DNA of 64,000 bases from Opitutaceae bacterium (GTDB lineage Bacteria; Verrucomicrobiota; Verrucomicrobiia; Opitutales; Coraliomargaritaceae), in contig JBPOFY010000012.1 in NCBI GenBank assembly GCA_051252375.1, positions 1 through 64,000 on the forward strand, read 5' to 3'. Each line of letters opens with the position of its first letter. Positions within the stretch are counted from its first letter, which is position 1. Of the stretch, positions 28,915 to 44,895 are shown piece by piece. The notes under the pieces are model-generated. The model was not told the origin of the DNA and did no database searches. It saw only the letters and a program-made list of their open reading frames with translations. Both the position numbers and the translations under genes were made by a program.

Positions 28915-31253
28915 AAGTCGGCGAGCTCCGGTTGTTCGTTATTCTGGTGCAAGAAGGGGTAGCTGAGAACGATCTCCTCAATCAAAGTTAATGTGCCATA
29001 GTCGTTTCTTGCAAGTGCGCCTTGTATTTTCAGCAGGGCTGCTTGATCGAAGGTCTCTAGGTCGCGACCGAGTGCGAAGGCTAACATGCGGCGTGTCATG
29101 TTATCTATAAAGGCGTCTTTACGCTCGGCGATGAGCCATGCTTTGAGTTCAGCGATCCCGCTGAATTGGAAGCCCTGAACGATCCCGGTATTATCGATGG
29201 GCTTGCCGTTAACTTTCTGACGGAAGCGACCGATAGCGTCGAAATTTTCCAAGCCGAAACCAATCGGGTCGATTCGCTCGTGGCAACTACGGCAGTCGGG
29301 GTTATCGCGGTGGATGAGGAGTTCCTCGCGCAGGGTCTTGCCTTTGTTGCGGCCCGCATCGGCGCTGAGCTCTCCGGCGTCAGCGGGAGGCTCGGGGATA
29401 TGCTCGCCGAGGAGTGTTTCCAATACCCACTTGCCACGCAGAACAGGGCTGGAACGGGTCTGACTTGAGGTAGCAGTGAGCACACTTGCCATGCCGAGGA
29501 GTCCGCCACGATTGGGATCACGAATCGTGACGGGGCGCATGTGTTCACCTTCGACGCCTTCGATTTTGTAGTGTTTGGCGAGACGGTCATTAATGAAGGT
29601 GGCGTTTGTATTCAGTAGATGGAGGACGTTGTAGTTATTTTTAACTAGGTGTTCAAAGGTGAGAATAGTTTCATCTTTCATCGCCGTCGCCAGTGCTTGG
29701 TCGAACTCGGGAAAGATCTTAGCATCCGGAATTACCGATTCGCCCACGGATTGGTAGCCCAGCCATTCCCCTAGAAAGGCGGACGTAAAGCTGCGGGACT
29801 TGGGGTCGAGCACCATGCGCCGCACTTGCGCGCGCAACACATTCTGGTTGCGTAGTTTGCCCTCAGTAGCGAGCGCGAAGAGCTCTTCGTCGGGCATAGA
29901 CATCCATAGGAAGTAGGAAAGCCGCGAAGCAATTTGGAAATCATCGAGCGCAAACTCGCCGGCAGTGTTACTCGGCGCGAATTCGTGTCGGAAGAGGAAT
30001 TTGGGCGAAATCAGCACGGCGGAAAGTGCGAGCTTTATTGAAGGCGTAAAGGTTTCGCCCTGCTCGATGGCGCTTTGATAAATCGAGTAGTATCGTAATA
30101 CATCGACTCGATCCACTGGACGACGGAACGCCCGCTTAGTAAAGCGTTCGATAATCTGGTATGCTGCCTCATCGGGAGTGATGTCGTTGCTCGGTTTGAC
30201 GAAGAAGACCGGTGATTGCTTCGGGGCATTTTCACTTCGAACAGGACCTGTCACTTGAACCCAGTCAACGATGGTAGAACCGACTTTGTTGGCTCGCTGG
30301 TATTTACGAGCAATCTGTGGCGGCAATAGAGATTTCTCGAAATTAAATGATATCTGATGCGTGCCTTTGTTTACATAGGTCCACACAGATTGAGTGGAGA
30401 CTCCAGTGCCTTCAAAGGTGTAGTCGCCGCTGGGTTCGTCATCGATACGGAGGCGCAGTGCACCTATTTCACCGACAGTCGACAGTCCCTTGATCGAAAA
30501 TTGATAGAGACCGTCGTAAGGAAAATCGACAGACTCGTAGAGCGTCATCTGACCGCGGTTGATTTCGTAGCCCTTCAGTCCGCCGATGGTTTTGACGGGG
30601 TCACTCTCGGTCATGAACATGTCTTCTGACTCGAGACGTTTGGACATCGGTGGAGCCTCTAGAGCAATTGTCGCTTCAAGCGCACGGTCGGCAGCTCGAA
30701 AGTATTTCTCCATATCGGAGGCAGTGATGAACAAATTGTCTCGATCGGTAGTGAACCCGCTCTGTCCCTCTCCGTCTTTTGAAAATGTCGACGCTGCATT
30801 GGTTTCCACACCCAGTAGATCGCGCAGCGTGTTTTTATACTCAGTGTTATTGAGCCGTGGAATTGTCACACGCCCCGCCTCGCGCACCTGCGACCAGTCA
30901 ATGTCGTTGAGACGCGCATCAATCCACTCGACCATTAAAGCGCGCTCTTCAGATGTCGGTAGGGGTTCCTCGGTCGGCATTTCTTCGGTCTCGATTTGTT
31001 CGAGCACGTAGAGCCATGTGTCGCGTTCGGTAAAAATATGATCGCCAGTCTTGTAAGGAGTTAGGTCGATATCGCCCTTGATCTTATCGCCCTCACCATG
31101 GCAGCTATAACAATACTGCTGGATGAGTGGCTGGATATGTTGCTCAAATGAATGCGTCTCTAGGATGTTCTTAGAGAACAACGCAGCGGGTAGTGCGACA
31201 CTAAATACTAGTGTTCGAGCAATGCCATAGATTACTTGTGGGGATAATCTCAA
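28911..31253 (-). CDS. DUF1592/1588/1595/1587/1585 planctomycete cytochrome c protein
   Basis: CYSCHG and CRSCHE heme motifs, RLNNTEYKNTLRDLLG, ASRLSYFLWMSMPD, SPVLRGKWV; TTG start. Confidence 0.92.
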   Translation of the reverse strand: MRLSPQVIYGIARTLVFSVALPAALFSKNILETHSFEQHIQPLIQQYCYSCHGEGDKIKGDIDLTPYKTGDHIFTERDTWLYVLEQIETEEMPTEEPLPTSEERALMVEWIDARLNDIDWSQVREAGRVTIPRLNNTEYKNTLRDLLGVETNAASTFSKDGEGQSGFTTDRDNLFITASDMEKYFRAADRALEATIALEAPPMSKRLESEDMFMTESDPVKTIGGLKGYEINRGQMTLYESVDFPYDGLYQFSIKGLSTVGEIGALRLRIDDEPSGDYTFEGTGVSTQSVWTYVNKGTHQISFNFEKSLLPPQIARKYQRANKVGSTIVDWVQVTGPVRSENAPKQSPVFFVKPSNDITPDEAAYQIIERFTKRAFRRPVDRVDVLRYYSIYQSAIEQGETFTPSIKLALSAVLISPKFLFRHEFAPSNTAGEFALDDFQIASRLSYFLWMSMPDEELFALATEGKLRNQNVLRAQVRRMVLDPKSRSFTSAFLGEWLGYQSVGESVIPDAKIFPEFDQALATAMKDETILTFEHLVKNNYNVLHLLNTNATFINDRLAKHYKIEGVEGEHMRPVTIRDPNRGGLLGMASVLTATSSQTRSSPVLRGKWVLETLLGEHIPEPPADAGELSADAGRNKGKTLREELLIHRDNPDCRSCHERIDPIGFGLENFDAIGRFRQKVNGKPIDNTGIVQGFQFSGIAELKAWLIAERKDAFIDNMTRRMLAFALGRDLETFDQAALLKIQGALARNDYGTLTLIEEIVLSYPFLHQNNEQPELADL

Positions 31254-31436
31254 GTTGAGGTAGGTAGGTGTTGGTAGCGCTTGGTGATGACCTGAGCAGC
31301 TATAATACCAGAATGGCAGTCCCTATCTATCCCGTAAATTAGTTACTACCAAGCCCCTCGATTGTTGAAGGCCGCTTGCCTGTTACGCTGTTTTACGTAT
31401 CGACGTCACCTGTGCTCATTGAGCAGCGAAGAACTA

Positions 31437-33374
31437 TTATTTCACCGACTTTAGCAGTTTCGTTTTCTCTTGGTCGGAAAGATCGCTTGAATTTATGAGT
31501 TTTTTTGCCTCATCCGGATCCTTTTTCTTCAATTGATTGATCACGCGAGCGGTGTTGCTTTTACGCAGTTTCTCGTTGTCCATGGTGGCTGCCCAAATGA
31601 AAGCGGAAGAGGGGTCTGAGCGATTCACTTTATTGACCAGGTTTTCAATTGCTTGATCGCGTCCTTCGCCGGATTCCAGTTCAGATATCCAGACCGAAGC
31701 TGCTTCTGTGTCATGGTCGAGCCATTCGTTTGAAACGCGTTCAATCGCGTCTTTTTGCGCAGAAGTATCTTCTAATTGCTCCGCCCATGCAGCAGCACCA
31801 TTGAGGTCCTCTCTGGCCCAGCTCGATGCGATGTTGGATGCGTTTTTGTTAATGGTGTCGGTGTCGTTGCTGGAAAGTAAGTAGTCGACTGCGTCTGACG
31901 GATTTTTGCCAATCCAAGTGTTGATGGCGCTTTGATAAGCAGTTTTTGACAAGGTTTCATCGCTTAGACTTTTTGACCAAGTAATAGCAGCGCTTGGGTT
32001 TTCATTCGCAAGTGTTTGGCTGATGCCGGAGGCGAGATCTTTGCGTTCTTTGTCATCTTGGACTTGCAGTAGGTATGTCTTGGCTTCTTCGGTTTTGTTG
32101 CTGGCGAAACTATTGAGCACATTTCGTAGGGCGTCCTGTTTTTCTTGGCTTTCTTCCATGCCACGCGCCCAAGCCAAGGCTGCCATCGGATCTTTTTTTC
32201 CCCAGCTTCTCGCGACATTGGAAATAGTATTCGCATAAACGCGTCCGTAGGGCAGCTCTGCGAGCATAGAAGCGGCCTTCTCCGGATCATCATTTGCCAT
32301 GTTCCTGAGCACATTGCTGACAGCGTCATCGCGTGCCCGACCAGTCATGCTGGAGTTGACGAACTCCAGCGCCTTATCTGGGTCTTGCTGCGAGATCGAC
32401 CACATCGCGCTGCGGACGATGTCATTTTTGCTTTTCCCGTCTTCCATATTTCTAAGGAAGTCAATGGCGCCATCAATATCCTGCTGTATCCAAGTATACA
32501 TGATCGACTGGATTGATTGATTACGCTCCTCTTCAGTGTTTAAGGACATGGCCATTTCTGCCGCACGGTTGATATCCTTTTGGGCGATGCCGCTAATGAG
32601 GCCTGAAAGTGCAAAGGTGCGGTTTTCGCCCGTTTCCATAGTATTAATTTTTGCCATCGCTTTATCAGCATTTTGTCCGCCCCAAAGCATGAAGACGGTT
32701 GAAAGCTGGTAGGGTTTCATGTCGTCTTGACCGATGATCAGGTCGAATGCCGCTTCCGGATCTTTCCCTGCTACCGACATTGCGATCGCAGCAATAGCTT
32801 GGCTTCTTTCGTTTGCATTCTCGATGGCTTGCGCTGCGACGATGGCTCCGTCCGGATCGCGACTGCCCCATGCGGCAAACAAAGACTGCGCGAACATTTG
32901 TTTCTGCATCGGGTTCGATTCGTTCTGGTAGAAGCTAAAGGCGCTTTCCGGATTTTTATCCACCCATGCTTGGAAGATGTAATAAGGCACGAAAAAATCG
33001 TTCATGCTCCCCATGCCTTTTTTTGACGAGTCTGCTAGTAACTTTTGAAGCTCACTCTCCGACATCGTCGTCAGCAGAGTCAGCATTTCAATGGTGCCAG
33101 TAATGGAGCTGGTGTCCTTTAAGCGATCAATCCGTGCGGCTTTTTGCTCGATAGTGAGCGCTTGCATATCAGCTGATGCCAATGAGGCTGGGGCTTCAAT
33201 ATCGATGGCATCGCCGGATTGGGCTACGTTGGTCGCTGGTTGCTTGCTCAGCGCTGCTTGCTCAGAGGGAGTATTGGCATCCTGGGGCGAAGTTTTCGGG
33301 ATATAGTAGCCGATAACTATTCCAGCGACTATGGAGAGACCGCAAAAGAGAAGGGGTAGGCTTTTGTTTTTCAT
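31437..33374 (-). CDS. Membrane-anchored alpha-helical repeat (HEAT-like) protein
   Basis: N-terminal TM; many W..xDPxAA..W repeats; start ATG 33374. Confidence 0.75.
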   Translation of the reverse strand: MKNKSLPLLFCGLSIVAGIVIGYYIPKTSPQDANTPSEQAALSKQPATNVAQSGDAIDIEAPASLASADMQALTIEQKAARIDRLKDTSSITGTIEMLTLLTTMSESELQKLLADSSKKGMGSMNDFFVPYYIFQAWVDKNPESAFSFYQNESNPMQKQMFAQSLFAAWGSRDPDGAIVAAQAIENANERSQAIAAIAMSVAGKDPEAAFDLIIGQDDMKPYQLSTVFMLWGGQNADKAMAKINTMETGENRTFALSGLISGIAQKDINRAAEMAMSLNTEEERNQSIQSIMYTWIQQDIDGAIDFLRNMEDGKSKNDIVRSAMWSISQQDPDKALEFVNSSMTGRARDDAVSNVLRNMANDDPEKAASMLAELPYGRVYANTISNVARSWGKKDPMAALAWARGMEESQEKQDALRNVLNSFASNKTEEAKTYLLQVQDDKERKDLASGISQTLANENPSAAITWSKSLSDETLSKTAYQSAINTWIGKNPSDAVDYLLSSNDTDTINKNASNIASSWAREDLNGAAAWAEQLEDTSAQKDAIERVSNEWLDHDTEAASVWISELESGEGRDQAIENLVNKVNRSDPSSAFIWAATMDNEKLRKSNTARVINQLKKKDPDEAKKLINSSDLSDQEKTKLLKSVK

Positions 33375-33501
33375 AGGTTCTTTATGGGGTTGAGACTGTC
33401 GGTGTGCAACCAATAGAAAGGACTTCTATCTGATAAAATCTAACGATATGGAAATAATTATATTGTTTGCCTTTAATTATGAGATTTTGGCAGTAGTGGT
33501 C

Positions 33502-34047
<546 letters not shown>

Positions 34048-34090
34048 ATTTGTGGTTAGTTGGAGGACTCCAGTTTCGTTGTCGCTTTAT

Positions 34091-34444
34091 CTATTTTTTA
34101 TAATCTGGGTGGATGTATACACCTTTGACGTTTTTGAGGCTCCACTGAGCCATTGAATGCATGATCGGTTCAAAGCCTTTACCGCGCTCTGTTAAACTGT
34201 AAATCACTTTGCGGCCATCTTCAGGGTCTGGGCTACGTTCAGTAAGTCCGTTATCGGTCAGCCAGCGCAGGCGCTGTGACAGGATGTTTGTAGCTATGCC
34301 TTCGGGTGATTTTAAGAATTCGTCGAAGCGTTGTTTACCAAAGATTAAATCACGAATGACGAGTAGCGTCCAACGATCGCCGACGATATCGAGTGCGCCG
34401 GCGACAGGGCATGGGGAGCGCAGCTTTTTTAAGTTTTTTTCCAT
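34091..34444 (-). CDS. HxlR family transcriptional regulator
   Basis: RSPCPVAGALDIVGDRWTLLVIRDL..RFDEF..GIATNILSQRL..YSLTERG. Confidence 0.93.
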   Translation of the reverse strand: MEKNLKKLRSPCPVAGALDIVGDRWTLLVIRDLIFGKQRFDEFLKSPEGIATNILSQRLRWLTDNGLTERSPDPEDGRKVIYSLTERGKGFEPIMHSMAQWSLKNVKGVYIHPDYKK

Positions 34445-34456
34445 AATTCGATAAAC

Positions 34457-34519
34457 TTACTTGCAAAATGAAAGTAATCAAGTTCTTTGCGAGTCATCTT
34501 ACTTGCTCTTTGCAAGTTA
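34457..34519. promoter_or_regulatory. Two candidate HxlR operators in the divergent intergenic region
   Basis: TTACTTGCAAAATGAAAGTAA (34457-34477) and TTACTTGCTCTTTGCAAGTTA (34499-34519), two related imperfect palindromes. Confidence 0.65.
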
Positions 34520-34543
34520 TATTAACCCGAACATAAAAAAAAC

Positions 34544-35008
34544 ATGACAGCAACGATCAAAGAACTGACTGCTACGAATTATAAGAATGCGAGTGTGCTC
34601 CATACGGGTGCGCTAGATAAATGGAAGTATTTCAATATCGCCTTACCTCAGACAGGTGATGTGTATCCGGGGAAGTTTTGGCTCAAGGAGCTATTGCAAC
34701 TCAGTGGCACTGAAGTCTCGTTTGGCTCAATGCCTAAAGGGGGAAGCGTCCCTTACAATCATATCCATAAGCAAAATGAAGAACTCTATATTTTTCTTTC
34801 TGGTCAGGGGCAGATGCTTCTCGACGGTGAGCAGATTGATGTTTCGGCTGGCACAGTCGTTCGAGTCGATCCGCAAGCCGTGCGCTGTTGGCGTAATACT
34901 GGCACGGAAGATCTCGTGCACATTGTCATCCAATCGAAAGCAGGTTCATTAGAAGAATGGACGGTGGTCGATGGTGAGAAGACTCCAGGCGCACCAATTT
35001 GGGAGTAG
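34544..35008 (+). CDS. Cupin domain protein
   Basis: HIHKQNEELYIFLSGQG...GTVVRVDP. Confidence 0.88.
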   Translation: MTATIKELTATNYKNASVLHTGALDKWKYFNIALPQTGDVYPGKFWLKELLQLSGTEVSFGSMPKGGSVPYNHIHKQNEELYIFLSGQGQMLLDGEQIDVSAGTVVRVDPQAVRCWRNTGTEDLVHIVIQSKAGSLEEWTVVDGEKTPGAPIWE

Positions 35009-35020
35009 TTCTTATTGGCT

Positions 35021-40819
<5,799 letters not shown>

Positions 40820-40869
40820 AGATAAAGAAGGGAATAGGAACTGAGATAAATGCGAGTAACAGGTGAAGT

Positions 40870-43185
40870 TTACTCGGCTGAATTTACTTCAGCGGCTTTT
40901 CTTAGGCGTGCTTGTAGGTGTGTGCGGCGGACTTGTTGCTCATTATTGCGAATGGCCATTGCGTAGGCGTCAACGGAGCCGACGAGGTAGACTTTGCTTC
41001 GTGCGCGGGTGATACCTGTGTAGACTAGGTTGCGCTGGAGCATCATGAAGTGCTGCTTGAGTAGGGGGATGACGACGACGGGGTATTCGCTGCCTTGGCT
41101 TTTGTGGATACTGATGGCGTAAGCCAGTTGGATCTCGGAGAGCTCACCTTTAGTGAATTCGACGGATTCGCCTGAAAAATTAACGGTTATGCCAGAGCTG
41201 TCTGGTGCGATGCCTCGAATGATGCCGGTGTCGCCGTTGAAGATGTTTTTGTCGTAGTTGTTTCGTGTCTGGATGACTTTGTCACCGATGCGGAAGGTCG
41301 TTGTGCCGTAGGCCAGCTCTGCGGGTAGTGGCTTGCGCGTCTTTTCGCGGAAGTGGGATTGTTTTGCAGGCGTGTAGTCAGGATCTGATCGTAGGCGAGA
41401 GAGCGCCTTTTCTTTGCTGTTTAAACTATCTTGTAGGGCAAGGTTGAGCGCGGTGATGCCTCCTGTGCCACGATGCATGGGGGAGAGAATTTGCAGGTCT
41501 TTGATAGGGTCGATATTGTGCGCTTTTGGAATGTATTCGCGGGCCAAATACGTAATGGCTTTGGCGCATTGCTCGGCATCGTCTGCTTCGATGAAGGTGA
41601 AGTCGCTGGTGGCGTCGAGCTCGCGTAGGCTTTTTATGGTTTTCCCGGGATGCGATTCACCTTTGAGGATAGAGTGGGCTGTTATGATGATGCCGCTGGT
41701 TTCGCCTTGGCGAAAGATCGTATCAAGACGAGTGACTTGTGCGGGCGGAGCGGTCATCAGATCGCCAAGGATATTTCCAGCACCGACGGAAGGGAGCTGG
41801 TCGGAGTCGCCGACGAGTAAGAGGTGGGCGGTGCTAGGAATGGCTTGAAAGAGGCTATCTGCGAGGCGGGTGTCGAGCATACTGGCTTCGTCGACGATGA
41901 GGAGATCGCAGGGTAGTGGGTTGTCTTCGTTGTAGGCGAATTCTCGGGTGGCACCGTCGTATTTTAATAGGCGGTGTATGGTGCTGGCCTCGGCGCCTGA
42001 GGCTTCGGCAAGGCGTTGAGCGGCTCGGCCAGTGGGAGAGGCTAGTAGGATGCGTGCACGTTTGGCGCGGAGGATGTCGACGATGGCGCGGAGGATGGTG
42101 GTCTTTCCGGTGCCTGGTCCACCAGTGATGATGGCGACCTTTGAACTGAGTGCTTTTTTGAGCGCAGCGGCTTGTTGGTCGGCGAACTGAAAGCCTGCTT
42201 TGTCCTGTGCCCAGGCGATGGCGGCATCTAGCTTTATTGGCGGTATGGTGGATGCGGTTTGATCGATCCGATGCAGTGAGTCGGCGATGCGCTTTTCGGC
42301 TCCAGCTAGTTTCGGGCGTTGGCAGGCGGGACCGAGGGCTTCTTGTTTTTCGTTGTAGGCGGTGACCGAGAAGAGGCGCTCGTTTTCAATCAGCGCGCGT
42401 ATACGATCTTGGATTAGAAGTGGCTCGACGCCTAGTAATTTGAGCGCGTGTTCGGTGATCGCTTGTTGAGTGCCTAAGGTGTGCCCTTCGTCCTCGAGGT
42501 TTTGCATCGTGTGTAAGATGCCTGCGTCAACGCGTTCTTTAGAGTTGGTGGGGAACCCGAGGTTGAGTGCGAGCTTGTCGGCTGTCTTGAAACCGATCCG
42601 TTCAATGTCTTCAGCGAGTCGGTAGGGTTCGTCTTGCAGGATGCGTTTTGCGCCGCTGCCGTATTTTTTGACGAGGCGCACACATTGGGAGGGGGTGACG
42701 CCATAGGTTTGCAGAAACATCATGACGTCGCGCACGGCGGCTTGTTCATCCCATGCCGCTTTGATTGATTTTGCACGCGTTTTGCCAATGCCTGGCACTT
42801 CATGTAGACGACCGGAATCTTCACTGATTACTTTGAGCGTGTCGGCTCCAAAGTGATCGACGATTTTTTTTGCGTAGGATTTGCCGATGCCATGCACCAT
42901 GCCGCTGCCAAGGTATTTGCGTATGCCATGGATCGAGGCGGGTAACTGAGACTTGAAGTTGGCTATTTTGAATTGGTCACCGTGCGTGGCGTGGCGTGTC
43001 CATTCACCGTTTAGCTTCAGGGTCTCACCGCATTGCACACCAGGCAGGTTGCCGAGCACGGTGACGGGTTGCTTGCCTTCTGCGATTTGGACTTCGGCGA
43101 CACAGTAAGCATTCTCTTCGTTGAAGAAAATTATTCGCTCAAGGACTCCGGTAATAGTCTGATCGCTTTGGGGTGTGTTCGCCAT
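40870..43185 (-). CDS. recD2: ATP-dependent RecD-like helicase (RecD2)
   Basis: N-terminal OB/HhH (YLGSGMVHGIG, VPGIGK), TGGPGTGKTT, VDEASM, GDSDQLPSVG, HKSQGSEY, YTGITRA. Confidence 0.95.
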   Translation of the reverse strand: MANTPQSDQTITGVLERIIFFNEENAYCVAEVQIAEGKQPVTVLGNLPGVQCGETLKLNGEWTRHATHGDQFKIANFKSQLPASIHGIRKYLGSGMVHGIGKSYAKKIVDHFGADTLKVISEDSGRLHEVPGIGKTRAKSIKAAWDEQAAVRDVMMFLQTYGVTPSQCVRLVKKYGSGAKRILQDEPYRLAEDIERIGFKTADKLALNLGFPTNSKERVDAGILHTMQNLEDEGHTLGTQQAITEHALKLLGVEPLLIQDRIRALIENERLFSVTAYNEKQEALGPACQRPKLAGAEKRIADSLHRIDQTASTIPPIKLDAAIAWAQDKAGFQFADQQAAALKKALSSKVAIITGGPGTGKTTILRAIVDILRAKRARILLASPTGRAAQRLAEASGAEASTIHRLLKYDGATREFAYNEDNPLPCDLLIVDEASMLDTRLADSLFQAIPSTAHLLLVGDSDQLPSVGAGNILGDLMTAPPAQVTRLDTIFRQGETSGIIITAHSILKGESHPGKTIKSLRELDATSDFTFIEADDAEQCAKAITYLAREYIPKAHNIDPIKDLQILSPMHRGTGGITALNLALQDSLNSKEKALSRLRSDPDYTPAKQSHFREKTRKPLPAELAYGTTTFRIGDKVIQTRNNYDKNIFNGDTGIIRGIAPDSSGITVNFSGESVEFTKGELSEIQLAYAISIHKSQGSEYPVVVIPLLKQHFMMLQRNLVYTGITRARSKVYLVGSVDAYAMAIRNNEQQVRRTHLQARLRKAAEVNSAE

Positions 43186-43245
43186 GTTTGAACTATAGCT
43201 AATTGGCTGAGCGTGAAGGTCAACCCGTGCGTCAATCTAGACACG

Positions 43246-43275
43246 AAAAAGCCCCCGTCGTGAACGGGGGCTTTT
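43246..43275 (-). terminator. Rho-independent terminator (possibly bidirectional)
   Basis: AAAAAGCCCCCGT-CGTGA-ACGGGGGCTTTT, just after the stop at 43284. Confidence 0.88.
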
Positions 43276-43283
43276 GAAATGTG

Positions 43284-44678
43284 TTATTCAGAGATCACTG
43301 GAGGGTCATCTGGTGGATCCTCTGGTGGACCACCTGGTTGGCCATCTTCGCTCTCCAATGTGAAGATAAGGTCGTCGAATTCGACATCACCAAGGACTCC
43401 GATTTGACTAAAAATGACACTAGAGCCGGCTTGTGCACGTTGCACTGTTAGTGTGTCAGTGCCTGGGCGATAGACGGCAGTTTGGATATTGTTATCGGCG
43501 GCCACTTGGTCAGGCACGAAGCGAAAGATCGCGAAGCGGCGCTCAAGATCGTCGAAGATTTGAAGGTGACGATCTTGATCTGCAGTGACATGTGTTTGGT
43601 AGGAGTCTTCAATTTCCAAGAAGTAGCTTTCAGGGACATGGACAATCTCACGTGCCTTTTGGGCTGCCATGAAGGTTTCGAAGCCGTTGCCTGTAGATGC
43701 GAGTTCAGCGCGGGCGACACTGCCATTAGCGCGGTCGATCGTGGCTACATTCGTCGCTTCAGATTCTTCGAAATAATTCGGTAGGTGGTCGATTAGGTAG
43801 ACTTGAATTGTCCCAGGGACTTCCACCGTGTATTGAGCGGTGAGCGTGCGCATTTGAGTCTCCTTACGTAGGTCGACGATGATGATACATTCTTCATTAT
43901 CAGGGAATGCATATGTAGTGGTCGGGTCTTCATCGACTAGGTTGTAGATTTGGTCAAGTGGACCACCGCTGACGTAGGCGATGCGAGTGCCTGTGTAGGT
44001 TGACGCAAAGTCGTAATCAATAATAGGTGATTGTGCTTTGGTGACTTCGTCTGGATCTTCGCCTTTACCTAGCGTGAACTCAGCTTGTGTGATATTGAGT
44101 GGGCCAGTGGCTCCAAAATTACCAATGAGTCCGGCCTTATCGATGTTGAAGCGAATTAAGATGTAGCGAGTTTCGATTTCTGGAAATGTGATCGAAGGGA
44201 TGACTCCGCGGTTGAAATTAACCGCTTGTGTGAGTGTGGCCCATTTGCCGCTTTCGACTTCTTCCAGTGTGTCGGAAGAGTAGAGTGCGAAGTTGCCTCC
44301 CGCGCTTTGGTTATTCAGGAAAAAGCGCGACACACGCATGAATTGACCCAGATCAATGATGTAGTTGTGTGCGCCTTCGGCGATCTTGTAGGTTAACGCC
44401 GAGTTGTCGCTGAGGAATACAGACTCTTCGAAGTAGCCGACGTCAGGCACCTGTATACGTTGAAGCTGCTCGTCTTTCACTAAAACGAGGGTCGCTCCCA
44501 TATGCCAACGAGCTAAGTTTTTTGGAATACGCTCTAAGTCTCGTTTAGTGGGCTCTTGTATGCGGTATAAATCGACGGTGTCTTTGGACGCCGCGTGAGT
44601 TGCCGTGCTTGAGAGGGCAACTCCGGCAATAAATAACCCGAGGGGTATTGTGCGTAGTGTTTTGATTAGTGTCTTCAT
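43284..44678 (-). CDS. Hypothetical secreted protein, possibly two discoidin/galactose-binding-like domains, Pro/acidic tail
   Basis: Signal peptide from ATG 44678; FLSDN..T..IIDLG...TRYILIRF and LVDEDPTT..IVDL...RRFAIFRF. Confidence 0.65.
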   Translation of the reverse strand: MKTLIKTLRTIPLGLFIAGVALSSTATHAASKDTVDLYRIQEPTKRDLERIPKNLARWHMGATLVLVKDEQLQRIQVPDVGYFEESVFLSDNSALTYKIAEGAHNYIIDLGQFMRVSRFFLNNQSAGGNFALYSSDTLEEVESGKWATLTQAVNFNRGVIPSITFPEIETRYILIRFNIDKAGLIGNFGATGPLNITQAEFTLGKGEDPDEVTKAQSPIIDYDFASTYTGTRIAYVSGGPLDQIYNLVDEDPTTTYAFPDNEECIIIVDLRKETQMRTLTAQYTVEVPGTIQVYLIDHLPNYFEESEATNVATIDRANGSVARAELASTGNGFETFMAAQKAREIVHVPESYFLEIEDSYQTHVTADQDRHLQIFDDLERRFAIFRFVPDQVAADNNIQTAVYRPGTDTLTVQRAQAGSSVIFSQIGVLGDVEFDDLIFTLESEDGQPGGPPEDPPDDPPVISE

Positions 44679-44895
44679 CCTATATTTGGTTAGGTTGCTA
44701 CGGTAGCAGTCTCGATATTCATTATCTAGACAAGTGCAAATCTGGCATGAATGCAATCACCTATTTTTTTATAGATTTTAACCCAGATATTAAGCTTTAC
44801 TACATATTTACATATGAGTTACTATCCACCGCTAACTATCTAACCGCCAATGCTCTTAATTATTGGCTAACTGCTATCAAACAAATCTATTTGTC

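Noticed and set aside
44819..44875. CTAAC-rich stretch upstream of the export operon as an ops element or heptamer array
   Set aside because: Irregular period and no match to GGCGGTAG on the coding strand.
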